Shown: positions 26,551 to 41,580 of the stretch, in pieces
Layout: every line of letters starts with the position of its first letter
How positions within the stretch are numbered: position 1 is the stretch's first letter
Source of the DNA: Lama glama
Lineage: Eukaryota
Length of the DNA stretch: 64,000 nt
Reading direction: 5' to 3'
Assembly: GCA_028534125.1 (NCBI GenBank)
Contig: CM052817.1
Coordinates: 101,000,001-101,064,000, forward strand
Position numbers and translations under genes: made by a program
The notes under the pieces: generated by a model
Databases searched by the model: none
What the model was told of the DNA's origin: nothing
What the model saw: the letters and a program-made list of their open reading frames with translations, nothing else

Positions 26551-29500
26551 CTTTAAGTGATTATGGAGGTCTTCATGTTTTTATTGTAATTCTGTTGGGG
26601 AGAAAACGTGTACAACTCGCCTGTTCATTTGTTAACAATTAATCCGAAGACGAATGTGCAGAGTTCCAGATTACAGGCAACAAGTTCAGAAGTAGTGTGG
26701 GCTTGGCCATTCGGGGAAATCTTCAAGATCTGCGAAAGGAAGAGGGCTTCAGCCTAACCCTGAGAGATCAAGATGGGTCTAAATTGGAAGGAGAATCTGC
26801 GCCATCAGGAGAATGGCCGCTTATAAGAATAGAGGGATAATACATGTATGATGGAGAAGTAGACTGCCACGGTGGGACATGACCTTCAATGCCTTAGAGG
26901 AAGAGGGAATCAGAAAGGTAGTTGGAAGCTGGTTGGTATTGACCCTTGATCACATAAAGATTGAATTGTGGCCGCAAAAAGAGGGCACACTGGCAGTGAA
27001 GGAAGAAGAGAGCACGCTTATGAAGAGCCAGCTCATCTCTGTACTTTGTAAATGTCAGTCAGATGGCTCTCACATTCAGTTTTATCTTGTTGGCATTGAA
27101 GAATTTTAAAAGTTGGGAGCAATAGAAAATTATGTCTTAAAAACACTCTTTGAGCAGTAGAGTCTGGGCTAGGATCAGTGCATTAGCACTGAAAGGAAAG
27201 AACAGTGGTTTCAAGGCTGCATGACAGCAATTGAAAAATCAACATAGGAAGCTGGTTTGGCTTGAAGGTTATGAGGGATGAAGGTTGGGAATTTGTTTTA
27301 TTTAACCCAGTATTTAGTTTGAAATGATGAGGCAATATTCACATGGAAACAGTTGGTAGGAAGTTTATGATGTGGGTTTGCAGTTTGAATGTACCGGATC
27401 AGGGTTCCTTAGGTAGAGGTTTAGAAGTCATTACTTCGGGAATAATGTTGCTATTGTCACATCTTCTCTTCTTTTTGACCTTTCTTACTATAAAATAAAA
27501 TAATAAAATTGCCTTTATTCTCCTGGATTTTATGTTCTTAGAGAGCCTAGAGATACTCTTTGTTTTGGGTTTTCCACAATTGTCATCAAGCTGAGTTTCA
27601 GTTTCAGCTCAGTAATCGTTAATCAGCTTTGTCTAAAAGTTTATAAAGAAACTCTGATCTTTTCATCTTTTTATTTAATTCCTTAAAACTATAAAGAGAT
27701 AATGTTGGTCTCTGTTATTTTAAGCAATAAACAACTATAGTTTGGGTGAAGACTTGGACCCATGAGAAAACTTTTGTTTTTTGTTATTATTGTTGAGCAA
27801 CTTTTACCCTTTTCTTTTATTTTTAACAGCTCTAACGAAGGAAGGAAAAAGCAAGCCTTCAGGCCTAGGAATTGCCTGTCATCCTTGTTTGCTTTCTTGA
27901 CAGTTTAAAATGCCTCAGATCTGGTGGTTTTCTTCTTTTGTTAAACCACAGCTGAATTTGTCCCTTACTATTCTTTATACACAGTTATCAGGTAATCTAC
28001 TTAGCACTTGAAGCTTAACAAAATATACTCTTTCTATTTCTTAAATGTCATTTATTGAATTTTTGAAACCTAAATTATCTGAAACATCAGATAAGTGAGT
28101 GTGCTGTTTTGTAATTTGATGATGTCCTGAAGATTACTGCTTTTTTCTAGAGCTGTTTTTGCAGTTGTTTTTGTTGTTGTTTGTTTGTTTGTTGTTTTTG
28201 CTAGGTGTAGAGGAGTTGGGGGGGCTTTCTTTTGGTTCTCATATCCTGGCTTTTGGAGTGTCCTCCCATAGCAACACTTCTTTTCTAAAATGACAGGCCA
28301 GAAAACCAAACAGCTAGAATAGTGCAAAAGTAAAAGCAAGTAGTCATTGAGTAAAGGACTGAAGACCATCCTGTGACTATAGTGATACATTCTGTTGTCC
28401 AAACATTATGACAATATTTTTTTTTATTTTTAGAATTTAAAGAAAAAAATTTTGAGAGGGATTGGGAAGTGGATTCTTTGCTGTATTTTAGAAAATTGAG
28501 GTGTTTATGTGTACTTAGTCTAGCCTGCCTTCTCTCCGGCAGCACAAAGGGAATAGGTGTGTAAAATATGTGTGCAGACTTGGGTGTGTATGTGCATGCA
28601 TTAATGCTGAGAGATGTGTGCACATACCCATATTTGTCATGTACCCTTAATGGAAAATGTGAATTCTTCTACCGCTTGCAGTCTTACTCTGTTCACCCCC
28701 CAAACCTCCCCACTCCACCCCATACACTGTGTTTGCCTTTAACTTAAACAACCCTCTGACAGTCTCATCCTTGTTTACTAAACAACATTGAGTTGCATAA
28801 CAGTAAGGACACGGTTAATTAGGCTCTTCTAATGTTTCTCCTTTCATCAGTATTTCTGCTTTTCTAGACCTTTAAATAATGTAACTTGAGCTATTTTCTT
28901 ACTTAAGGCAGTTTATTTACCTTTTATTGTTCCCTTCAAGGCGCAAAACAAAACATAGGCTACTTTAGTAAAGAGTAATAAAATAGATAACTTCTGGTGC
29001 TTTGTCGACTTTGTGAGAATAGGTACTGTGCCGCCTTTTACAGCTGTCATGATGCCTAGCAGTGGTGATAAATGTGCGGTCGTCACTTAGCCATTGCCTG
29101 TTTACTTTTCTTCCCAGAATTAGAGGCACACAGCAGGGAACGGAGGAGATGGAAGTGAATGAGAGTCAACTAGAATGGGATAGAAGGGTGACTCCTGGTT
29201 ACCTCACTCTGATTTAGTGAGGGCAAAACACGCTCTCTGAAATGCTTCTGTTGTCTGCAGTGTATACTGTTTTTGTGGGAGGAAGCAGCAAAAAATTAGA
29301 GTAAAATATGCAGCTCAATGTGAGCAACCCATGTTTACCATTTTTAAAAACTTTTGTTATGTTTTGGAAGCACATAGAATGTGAAAAAAGTAATTTAAAA
29401 TTAACATTTCCCTTAATAACTATCATTTAACATGGGAGTGGAAGTAAAATATCTTTTCAGGGCTACTAATATATTATGGGGAAAAAACCCTGAGTTTATC

Positions 29501-30609
29501 AAAAGATTCAACAAGCAGTTTAGGATATAAATAAAAATTAAGGAACCCATTAATTTTGTTATATTCTTATTTTAAGAAAGATAAAATATACTCTTACTTT
29601 AAGGCAATGTCAGTTAATTAGCTGTAACCATTAAATGCATGATTTTTTCTATTATCATCGGTGACTCAAAGGATGACACAGGGTACAGGAAAAGATGAGC
29701 CAGACATGGTATCTACCATGGACATTTATTTGATTAATATAGTTACTTAATTTTTCTTAAAAATTATAGTCTTTCTTGATATTAGGTTCATGGAAAAATG
29801 TTTCACTCATATGTTGCATATATAATTATATGATATCCTGTGTATTAGGACTTCTTTTCTAATATATTGCAGACTTATTTCATAGACAAATCCAGTGAAC
29901 TAAAGCAGCAAGGCAGAGAAAGAGGAAAATACACAGAGAATAAAAAACCAGAAAGAAGTAACATACTCATGCAATACAAGATAGCCATATATGTAGCACT
30001 GATGACCTAGTGGCTTTATACAAATATATACTATAATAGGAAATACTCAAAGCTTAGTACATTTTTGTAAAAATATGCTGTAAATGTTTGGAAAAGCTTG
30101 GAGGACAAAGATATTCTTCTCTTTGAGAGGAAAAATGTAAACCTCTGATTTTAAAAAATGGATATTTGTTGCCAAATTTTAAGGAGTATGTTAATCATTA
30201 CTTAATATGTATGAGCAGGTGCACTCTTGAAATCTCTTTTTCCCCATTGTCAAAAGAACCCTAACTTTTTACTTTTGATATTTTAAAAAATATTCATGCC
30301 AGTGATTTACTGTCATCTTTATTTCTATAGCTAGATGCATAAAGAGTATTCTTGCTATTTGCGCATAGGTCAAGTAAAATTAAGTTCTGTAGGTTAAAGA
30401 ACCCTACCTGATTCTAAATAAAAAATAAATATTTATGGATTGAAATGTGTAAATATAGTAAGCAACCTTAACACTGCACCAGATATGATTACCTACACTT
30501 GGATCCTGTGAAAGAGTCCCTTATTCCTGCAACTTTACTTCCAGACTTAATTCTTGAATGTATTTGATCATGTAATTTGTATAATTTCATGTTGTTGCTG
30601 TTCTTTTTT

Positions 30610-31680
30610 TAATTCATTTAACAAACATATATCAAGTATATAATGGATATTGGTGATACCCAGTGAGCAAAAGTAAAAAAAAAAAAAATTCTATCCTCAG
30701 AGTTTATAGCCTAGTAAAAGAAACAACACTGATCAAATCACATCGAAATATATATATAAAATTTTGGCTGTGACAGAGAAGTACATGGTCAGTTATGAGT
30801 GACCAGGGCAGACTTTCATGAGAACGTAATGTTGAGCATTATCCAGGTAAAGTGAAAAGCAGAGAGTATTCCAGGTAGAAAGAACAGCATGTGTAATAGC
30901 CCTGTGGCAGGAAGAGGTGTGGCAAGTTCAAAGAATGAGTGCAACTAGAGCACAGAGAGAAGACTGGGAGGTAAACGGGGACCAGACCATGCAAACCTTA
31001 TAAACCACATTAGGGGGAGGTTTATTTTAGTATCAGCGGAAAGCCATTGAAAGAATTTTAGGCAAATCATTGGTCTGAAGTGTGGTGCATAGATTTTAGA
31101 AGAACTTAAGAGTGAATATAGGAGGTGGGACAAGGAGATGGTGGGAGTTTGGATTAGGGTGATGGTAGTGGAAGTGGAATGTATTGAAGGTTTCAAGAGA
31201 TATTTAAAAGATAAAACAAATACATGTAAAATACACCAGATTGATGTATAGTTGGCACATTTGACATTTTATTCCTAAAGGAATATTCAGCAAGTACTTA
31301 TTAATTGCTTTTTATGTGCCAGTCACTGGGTTAAGGAGTAGAAATACATGGTCTTACAGTCATAGAGCTTTTATAGTCAAGTAAGAGAAATGGTCATTAA
31401 TCAAACAATGACAGAAATTCAGGTGTGATAAGTACAATAAAGGGAAAATAGAGGGGTCTTCTGAGTCTACAAAGGGGACTTGGCTTGGTGTGGTAGAGGA
31501 AGTAACATTGGGGCTGAGATCCAAAGGGCAAAAGAAGAGTTCCCTAAAGGTGTGGAGGAAGGAATAGAACATGCAAAAGCCAGTTGAAGGTCAGTGAGGC
31601 CAGAGCATAAGGAGGACTCGGGGAGGGTAGCTCTGGATGAAGCTGGGCTGGTAGATAGAGCCAACACAAGGATGAAATGA
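30610..31680 (-). mobile_element. L2 LINE fragments (two adjacent pieces)
   Basis: attcatttaacaaacatat and attcagcaagtacttatt...tatgtgccagtcactgg are reverse-complemented L2 3' ends with purine-rich bodies. Confidence 0.6.
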
Positions 31681-31689
31681 CAGACATAC

Positions 31690-32120
31690 ACGGTTATTCG
31701 TTGCAGGATCACTTGTAATATTAAAAGATGAGAAACACCCGAAACAGTTCAACAGTAAAGGACTAGTTGAATAAACTGTGTTTCATTTATACAATGGAAT
31801 GCTTTTCAGCTGTTGGGGAAAAAAAAAAAAGAATGGGAATGCTATTGATAGAAAGATCCTCAGAACATACTATTAAATGAAAAGAGCAAGGTGCAAAGTA
31901 GTGTATATGGTACAATACCTTTTGTGTAAAAAAGAAAAAGAAGAAGGAAATAATGCTGTATAGTCACATTTTATTGTATTTGCATGAAGAAAAATCAAAG
32001 GAATTAACTAATTAAAATCATTTACCTAGAAGGGGACCAGAGTAGTTGGAGACAGGACTGAAAATGAGACTTCTCGTCATTATATACTTTTTCTGTCATT
32101 TCTGTTTTGATCCTACCTAT
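31690..32120 (+). mobile_element. Old L1M (L1ME/MC-type) 3' fragment
   Basis: aaaggactagttgaataaactgtg...tacaatggaatgc...ttaaatgaaaagagcaaggtgcaaagtagtgtata. Confidence 0.6.
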
Positions 32121-32340
32121 TCAAAGAGTAAGATTTAATTTTTAAAAGAAAGGAAAATAAGTATAGCTAGAAAATGTTTTTTAAATAGTATACCTTCTTT
32201 TTTCAGAATGAGACTCACATAGATTTCTACTTTTCAAACAGAGCCTAATACATGCATTTATATAGCCTATAATTTTCCTGTTGGCTTAAAATCAAATGAT
32301 TGATTCTGTCCTCAAAAGAACAGAAAAACAGTTTAACCTT

Positions 32341-32542
32341 TTTTGTTGTTGGATTTTGTTTGCTTTGTTTTTTATATACTTTTTAAATTTTGTTTTTTAT
32401 TCAAGTTTAGTTGATTTACAGTGTTAGTTTCAGGTGTACAGCTAAGTGATACTTTTTTTTTCAGATTCTTTTCCATTATATGTTATTACAAGAAATTGAA
32501 TATAGTTCCCTGTGCTATACAGTAGGTCCTTGTTGTTTATCT
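32341..32542 (-). mobile_element. Very short 5'-truncated L1 with target-site duplication
   Basis: L1 3' end homologous to 16240-16410, flanked by aaaaacagtttaacctt (32324-32340) and aaaaacagtttaatctt (32543-32559). Confidence 0.85.
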
Positions 32543-34839
32543 AAAAACAGTTTAATCTTAAGTGATAGATTAGAAATGGTGTGATACAGTGCCTTACATT
32601 TACATCAGAAAATATCATGTACAGTACCATGTTTGCTGCTGTTAGTGGTTTGACTCCCAGGTCCCTTTAAAACTTTTTCTGTATCAACATGGAGCAGGAA
32701 ACATTTGCCTATGATTTGCATTGCATCCTCTCTCTCTTTAGAAAAGAGGAAGAATTTAACTATCTTTATATAAGTCATGCAACTAAAAAGAATAGTGAGT
32801 TCTGGGTTGATTTTGAAATTAGTATCACCCAAGCCACACCTACCCAGAATCAGTTGGTAATTTGCAGTCATCAAGTGGTAAATGCAGGAGAGAGAGCATG
32901 CCTTGCTGACCAGTTCATACAGTCTCTCTGTTGGTTGTACTAAGATTTCTAGCATGCAATTTTTGTGAAGGAGAGGTATTTTGTACCATAGATTTAAAAG
33001 CCTTCCAGAGGGATAGGTGTTTGGTTTTTTTGTGGGTTTTTTTTTTTTGGCAATTATGTTTAAAGTACTTGTTTTCTGACCTCTTTTGGTCAAAAGTGAT
33101 CAACTCATTTGGAGGATAGCTCATTTTTTTGTTGTTTATGTTGTAGGGGAGGGGAAGTATTCAGTCCTTTCACTTTGAGTGAATAGGATTCACTCATTAA
33201 AATTTACTTCTTGACCATTACTACTGCAGTGTCTCTTTTCTGTAGAACCGTTGCTACCTGTGTGTGTCTCTGATCCACATTTCATTTGTTTTGCTGGCCT
33301 TCAGTATCACCCAAGTCTGTTTGCCAGGTTTTGTGATAAAGATGAGTTTTTAAGTGATCACCCTGAGATTTGAACAGATCACTGATAATCTGCATTGGTT
33401 TTGATGGCAGGAGCATTATTGCACTTTTGTTTTTAGTTCTTAGTAGTTGGTCTCTGTGATTTACTCAAAAGTTCAACCTTTAGTTAGTATCTCTGAGTAA
33501 AATCTGAGACAATACTAGCAGTGTGTAAGAACCTGACTTTGCATTGTTCTTTTTAACCTTTCCTTGAAGTCCTCTCAGTAACGACTCAGTGCTTTCCTGT
33601 TGACCGTATATATATATATATTCCTTCCATGACTCATCTATACTTTGCTTTGTTAGATTTAAAAAAAAGAAATCATTTGATAACCAGGTTTTTTTCTTTA
33701 TTCCTCTTAAACCTTATAACATTCTGGTTTTCTATCCATATTCCTTTAATTTTTCAAAAGATCCTTTTCTAAAATTATTCAGTAAATTGTTTAAGGTGCT
33801 TACTTTGAGCTGTTACAATACCTAATCCTAAAGAAATATTGTATAATGGTATTATGACAAACTCCCTGCTGACAAGCGACTTAACAGTCTAATGGAGAAC
33901 ATATAGTTAATTATTTACAACATGCTGAGTGGAGCATGGGAAAGAAGAAATCTAGAATTTGATGAAGAAAACATGTGTGTGGGCTGGAAGTACCTGCTGG
34001 TGTAGGTGGCAGTATTACTCAAGCAGGACCACACAGCGTGAGGACCATGAGCACTGGTGGACACAGGTCAGGAAAAAGTCTTCAAGAAATCTTGGATCAT
34101 ATGTTTAAATGGTTTGTAAGCTTTTGTTGTACTTCCTCTTCTCTTCCTAAAGCACAGCATAGTATTACTGCGCATGGATTTTTTTTTCCCAAGAAAAATA
34201 ATGGTTTTATAATAACAAATTTTGGTAAATCTTTTCCATTAAGTTTATAAACAGCTGTTAGGTACATGGGATCGGAACTTTTTAAGCTGTGTAAGAGAAG
34301 AAAAAAAGTTAGCTTTCCAAGATAAAATACACAGCCATACTTATGAAGGAAAACTATTTTGTGAATATAAAGATGAGTTTGAATGGGCCATTGGTATATC
34401 TATAAGTTCCTGTTGCCAGTGTTCAAAGGCCAGTGAGAACAGGCTCACCTAACTAATGAAATACCTGGTTCCTTAACTATGTACCTCAGTTAATTTTAAC
34501 TAGGACCTCAAGTGCTAACTGGAATGATTTATGCACTTAATATTTCCTTCAGCAACTTGAAAGTTTCTTTCTTCCTGTATGTATTGCCATAGTGCCTAGG
34601 GCTTTCTCCAGTTAAAGCACAAATCACTGTGCTCTGAATGCCTGCTGGTTTATTTCTTCCCCTAGAGGTCAGGTCCATGGATGCATCTTTAGGGTATTCC
34701 CTTCCTACAGTAAGTGAATTGCTGGGCATTGATCTGTGAGTAAGCTGCATATGGAGGAAGCGCTCTGTAAGTATTTTGTATAATATCTGTATGTACATTT
34801 ATAATCTGTGAGCTAGATGATCATATACTGGTGTACAGA

Positions 34840-34940
34840 TGGTGGTACTGAGGTTCAGAGAGGTTAAGTAACTTGTCCAAAGTTTCACAGCCAGACCAGG
34901 ATTCAAATCTAGATCTGTTTGACTCCATGGCCCTGCTTTT
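34840..34940 (-). mobile_element. MIR SINE core
   Basis: actgaggttcagagaggttaagtaacttgtccaaagtttcacagcc...ggattcaaatctagatctg. Confidence 0.8.
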
Positions 34941-37900
34941 AGGTAAATGTGATGCCACAAACCTGCTCCAAGTAAGGGACTTAAAGCAGCAGAGGAAAAA
35001 GTTTGGAGATAACCTCGGAAAACAGAAGCCATGATCAGTCTCATCTAAACCTGGAACTCTTGGGAGGAAGGGTTAGGACAGGGAGTTAGCTAACACAGTA
35101 AACCATAGAACAGAGGGCAATAGACATTTCTGCTAAGGGGGAGAAAACCTGTGCACTGAGAAGTTTAATGTACCACTGGATAAAGAATTATAAGGCATAG
35201 TTTTGCAACAGTGTTACTGGAGTTTACAGATTGTGTTTCATCAGTTATCTTCTTTTCAAAACAGGACTGCCCTTTTTTCCCTCATAGCATGCTTTTTTTT
35301 TTAAACCTACTTGTCAGTGATTTGTTGAAACCCATCCCAGTGAGTCAGAAAAATAAAGTCTATTCTTCCACCTCCACTTACTTTCGTGTTTGTCTTTCCT
35401 TCTCTCACTCCCTCCCCAGTGCCCACGCCCCCGTATTTCTGATAGTGCTTCTCTTTCTCAGCTGGTAGTTGCTTTCATGACAAGCATTTCCAAGCTATTA
35501 CAAAGTCATAAAATTATACTTCACAAGCCTAGTGAAAGGCCAAGGCAGGTATACTTTCCTGCTTGTTACTCTTCTGGCTTTTTACTTCCTGGAAAAAAAA
35601 TCCGTGATGGGCAGGGAAAGCATATCATTATACCTTTTTGAATAGTTGGGAGTAAAGAAAGTAGTTAGTGCTTTACGTACTAGTGGTGGGAGGCATCTTA
35701 CCAGGGAATGATTTTGTTCCAGCTTTTCATTACATGTTTAAGGCAAGCCACTGCCCCAGTGTTGTTGGACACTTAACCTCTATTTTATAGAATTACTGGG
35801 AGAGCCAATAATTACTTTGAAAGACTTAACAACTGTAAATATATTAAAACTAATAACTTATTTTAACTAGAAATTACCTCATTAAAAAAATTACCTCAGT
35901 GTTTCTGGTAAAAAGATACCTAATCTAAATTTGATTTGGAAAAAAGTTCATTTGGTAGAAATGAGGTACTTTTTTATCATTTTGATGACTATGAAGTAAT
36001 ACCTCAAAGTCTTTCAGTCAGTAACTTTGTGAGTAGTATTTATCTTCTATTGATACATGCTGTGTCCACAGGAGAAAGTTTTCAGTGTCATCCACTTGAC
36101 ATTATCTATCAGTCCTCCTCTTAAATTTCTCTTACCCAGTTTCTGTTTAAAACCCCAGCTTGACTCTCTGTGTTAGTAGTCAGTACTGAAGTTTGCTTTT
36201 GCCCTTTAACAATTAAAACATTGTGTGGCATATTTTGGGTCACTCACCAGATGCTGCTGTAGTGGTTTTGCTTGTGTCTGATCTGGGTTGCTCATTATTT
36301 GGCAGATCTTTATGAAAGTTCTCTGTAACTGAGTTCATGGTGATTTGGTATGTTTCTAAATTACTGTAATTGTTCCTGATGTTAGGTTCTGAAAATTTGT
36401 CAGATTTGTTGTCATCCCATGGCAGGAAATGTTACCTCTGTCTTCTGTTGCTCCTGTTTTAAATCTGCTTTTCTATTGTGTTTTATTTATCCTTGGAGCC
36501 ACTTTAAATCTTTTCTCAGTTAGGAGATACATGCATAAATAGTTCAGTATAGATTTTTTTCCTGCTCTGTAATTATGGAAAGATTATGTGGAAGTTTTTT
36601 ATTGTTTGAATTTAATATTGCATTATTCTTCATAATTTTGGAAAGAATTAATTTGTATTTCTTTCATCTGTTCCTATCTTTGTGTTAGATCCTTGCTCTG
36701 AGATATTTAAACGCAGCTTCAGGGCCAGAGACAAAATAGGAGGCTGAAGTATTTCTTTTCTACCCTTCCTTTAAATGATCTGTTATGCCTTTTTTTGTTT
36801 GTTTCAAACTTTGTTTGAAAGCTTTGTAAAATGTTTATTGCCTTATGAGTAAAGGCGGATTAGAACAGGTGAAAGAACGTGGACTAGTCTTAGAATAAGA
36901 CACTCCCGAGTTCCCCAAATCCCAGCCTATCTGCTTCCTAGCTGTCTAAAACTTCGGCGAGTTGCTTAACTTTGAGTGTGTGTGTGTGTGTGTGTGTTTT
37001 TTTAACTATAACTTGAAGAGAACAGAGACTGCACAGAGCAGATATAAAGGTTACATAGTGTGTGTCACATCACAAAAGTGAGTGTCACCCACCGTATCGA
37101 AGAATAATCTACCAAAAATGCTTAACTGTGTCTTTGATTCTGTATGCTCATCACTTACGACTTCGTAGCATAAATGTAGAAGTACACTGAAAAAGTGTAA
37201 TGACCCTAAAATATTTCCTTCAACATTTTGGCTTTGTGCCCCTTCTGCTAAAAGTGGGGTTTGACCTTTTCCGCCGTGTAACTTTCTTCATCTCTCTCCC
37301 TAAGCCACTTCTAGTTGAGAAACCAGAATCTTTCCTAGACCGACCTTTCTAAAGCCAGACAGCCTGGTAAAAGTGAACCTGATAAACAAGCCAAATAACT
37401 TAAAATAACAATTTTCATGTCTTGTTAAAACTGCTATATATAGTGACAACAACATAGTCATTACCAAGATTGCAAAAGTTAGTTATCTCTAAAATTGTAT
37501 TACAACTGCTTCTCTAATGTTACTGAAATTTTCCCTCTATTGGTAATGATTTGTATTTATTTCTATCTTCAGGTAACCAAAGCCTCCTGAAGATTCTTTG
37601 TAGCCTATCAGTCAGAGCCGCACTGAACATACTACATGAGCACATATCCTAGGACAGATTCACACTACTCAAAAATAGGTAGAAAATAAAATATTCTAAA
37701 TCTTTAATTCATTTAATTTAGAAGGTATATTCATGTTGAAATTGATTTATTCATTAATTTTAATTTAGCTTTATTTTTGATTTAGTAATGGTTTGATTGG
37801 ATGAAAGAGTCGACTTACCATTCTTATTTAAATTTGTGTCTGATTTTGAGGCTATGCTACCAGAGCTAAAACTTGTACTAGAATTACACTTACTTGTCAG

Positions 37901-40454
37901 TACTAATAGAAAAACGAGGTAAGGTACCTTTTTTGGTATAAAACAACTTCTGAGACAAAAATGGCAATGAGATTTTATACTTTATTTCCGTAATTATAGT
38001 TGAAAAGCTGCGACTCCCCAGAGGCTTTCTTTATGCCAGGAACTTCTCTGAAGTGTTGGGCACTTTAAAAGGCTTTGCACATCAACCTGCTCACAGTTAC
38101 CAAGAGAATGTTTCTGTGAAAATGAGTATTGTATCATTCTGTTGTGAAAACTAGAATTCAGTCCTAAAAAGCATCCTCCTTCCTTTATTTCCCATGGATT
38201 AAGTTTCACTCGGGGGTGAGGGACCATTTTAAATACAGCTAATGCCCCGGTTCTGAGGCTTGTTAGTGACAGGAAGAGCTGTGTGGCTGTGTTAGGTGTG
38301 TCAGTTGTCAGGGAGTGGGGAATGCAGACCTGTGTTGACATCAGTAGGGTTAGCTAAAAATGGTCTGATGCCCTTCCTTCCCACTTTCCTCCTGATTCTC
38401 CAGCTTCCTGGGCTTTGTAACAGCTCTCTGCAGTTCCAGTACATGACTCAAATCCTGGGCTCTTTTATTGTTTCCTCTAATTAAACCCTGAGAATTCAAA
38501 TTCAAATTCTAATTTTTTTGTGGCCCAAAGAACAGTAATTAGCTAGAACCTATTTCTGAAAATTAGAATTTCACACTAGAAATACAGAAGCCCTTTAGTT
38601 GCTCTGTAATTCCAGGAGCCAAGGATCATCTGAAATTGGAAAATAAGAAAGACCAAGTAATACTAGTAGAACAAGGTGGAAAATTACTTTGTGACTCAAG
38701 TGTGAAAGCCTTAAAAAAAAAACAACTCAAAATCGAGAAGAGTATTATAAACTGGTAGCTAAACTTTCAGCTGAATTTATTACATCTCTAATGGAAGTGC
38801 CAGTTTCTGTCCTTATAAATAAATAGAAATCATGTTTTTCTATTGAAAGAAAACCTTTCAACAGAAAGGCTTTTTAAGAACCATTTGAGTTTCCAAATAT
38901 GTGTATACTTCTAGTTAGAAAGCAGTTTTCTCAGAAAATTTTAATAGAAGGAAACCATAAAAATTATCTTAATCTCAGTTTCTTCATTGTGCAAGTGGGA
39001 AAAGAGTTCACCTAGTAAACTGGGGGCAGAAATGGGAATTGAGCCCAGTTTTCCTTTATCTTTCATTCTCCTCTAGCTAATCAGCCTCCTCCTGCAGTTA
39101 ACAAGAGTCTCTATAGGCAGAGGAAAAGATTATCTATTTAATGGACAGAGAAAGTAGAAAATTAATAAATGGTGTTATTTGTGGTAGATTTGCTTTCTTC
39201 CTACTTTGGAAAATGCCATTTTAGAGAAGGAAATTTTACTTAAGTGAAACTTTGCGAAACTTCAAAATGCATCACATACCAGTTCGTAAGGATTTGTGAC
39301 ATCCTGTTTTAGGGACAGGAGTTTTCCTTGAATTCTCTGAGGTCTGTTCCTTTAGACTCTTCAAGCAAAGTGCATGTCTTAATAATAAGCAGAAGTAATT
39401 TATGGCTTTAGAGAGAATTAGAAGCTAGAAAGTTTATTTGAAATTTTCTAATTTAGTTTTATTTTTAAATTTATCAATTTATTTATAGTCTTTATTTTTA
39501 TACTACATTTGAAATGAGTCATGAAGCTTTATTGTTTTCCTCTTTGTGTTTTTTTAAAAAATGACATTGATATACACACAAAATAATATATATAATGCAT
39601 ATGTAAGTTGAGCATAATAATATATATAATGAGTATCTGTGACCCCACCACGCAACCCAAGAACTAGATCGTGACCAAAATTTGTTTCCATCTTTCTGTT
39701 CCTTCCCTAGCCCATCCTCTTACTTCCCTCTTACCTTACATTTTATTTATTCGTTCTACTGTTAAAGGACATTCGCATCGTTTCTGTGTTTGCTGTGAGT
39801 GTTCCTGATCATGCCTTATAGCGCATTGTGAGTTTCAACTTGATAAGATTAAGCCAGATTGTTTTCCAAATTGTTTTCCAGTATGAATGTAGCAATTTAC
39901 ATTCCCACCAGCAATGTATGCAAGTTCTCTTTGATCTGCATTCTCTGTAAATGAAGTGAGTTAAATGGTATTTTTGTTCTTTTATTTTCTTCATTATTTA
40001 TGGTCACATGTGTTTCTTCTAGTGTAAAATGCCAATTTGAGCCTTAGCCTGTACTTCTACTGGGTTAATTTGTTTTTTTCTTACTGATTTGTAGGAATTC
40101 TTTATATATTTTTACACTAATCCTTTTTTTTGGTTATTTGTTACAGATATCTTCTGCCATTTGTGGTTTATGGTATTACCCTCTTTACAATGGTTTTTGA
40201 CAAACCAAATCTCTTAATTTCAATTAAATTATCAATCTTTTATTTTATTGTTAATACCTTTTATGTCCTATTTAAGAAATCTTTTCCAATCCAACATTTT
40301 AAGATATTGGATATACAATATTTTCTTTTAAAATTTTTAGGGGTTTTTGAGGGGGTTGGAGGTTTTTTGGTTTTTTGGTTTTTGTTTTTGTTGTTTTGTT
40401 TTGTTATTTGCTTTTCACAATTCCAAATCTACCTGGAGCTGGTTTATTGTATTG

Positions 40455-40666
40455 CACTTGGCCCTTGACATCTGCGGGTTCCGAATCCACGGGTTCCACA
40501 TCCACAGATTCAGCCAGCTGTACATCAGAATTCTCTGTTGGTTGAATACGTGGATGTGGAACCTTTGGCTATAGAGGACCGACTGTACTGAGCCGTTTTA
40601 TGTTAGGGACTTGAGCATCCTCAGGTTTTGGTATCTGCAGGGGTCCTGGAACCTGAACCAATTGTA
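40455..40666. mobile_element. MER2/Tigger-family MITE inserted into L1
   Basis: atccacagattcagcc...agggacttgagcatcctcaggttttggtatctgcaggggtcctggaacc. Confidence 0.7.
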
Positions 40667-41507
40667 TGTGAATTAGGAATCCAGTTTTCCCCCCAGGTAG
40701 ATAACCGGTTTCCCAGCACCACTGTTCTCCCCCCACAGCTTTATTGAGGTATAATTTGATGGATAATAACTGCACATATTTAAGGTGTACAATTTGACAA
40801 GTTTTGACACATGTAGATGCTTATGAAATCATCACCAAAACAAGATAGTATGTATGTTCATCACCTCCCCAAATTTCCTCAAGCCCCTTTGTAATCCAAA
40901 CCCTCATTTCCAGACAACCACTGATTTGCTTTCTGTTACTATAGATTTGTTTGCATGTTCTAAATTTTATATAAATGGAATCAAATAGTTTATACTCTTT
41001 GTTTTCTGCTTACTTTCACTGCACAAGTTTTGTGATTCATCCATGCTGTGTTTATCAGTTGTTCATTTGTTTTGTTGCTGAGTAGTGCTCCATTGTATGG
41101 AAATACTACAGTTTACCTGTTCACCTACTGATAGACATTTGGGCTGTAGGCTGTTAATACAAGTGAACTACTGTGAACATCTGTGTACAAGTCTTTGTGT
41201 GGACATACACTTTGATTCCACTCCACTCACTACTCAGTTGTGGAATAGTGGGTTGTATGTATACCTACACATGGGAGTAGTAGGTGCATGCTTAACTTTT
41301 TAAGAAACTGAAAAACTTTTCCAAGATGGTTGTACCATTTGACATCCCCACCAATAGTATATGAGAGGTCAGTCTGTTCCACATCCTCACCAATAAGGTA
41401 TGGTGAATCTTTAATTTTAGCCATTCTGGTGAATGTGTCGTGGTGTCTCATGGTTTAAATTGGAATTTCCCTAATAACTAAAAATGTTGGTCATCTTTCC
41501 ACATGCT

Positions 41508-41548
41508 TATTTGCCTACCATCTGTACGTGTGTGTGTGTGTGTATGTA

Positions 41549-41580
<32 letters not shown>
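41508..41580. repeat. Compound (TG)n(TA)n microsatellite
   Basis: Direct reading. Confidence 0.9.

Noticed and set aside
32605..33093. Longest ORF in the track (162 aa, - strand)
   Set aside because: Antisense intronic, runs through a poly-T tract, no recognisable domain or splice structure; probably chance.
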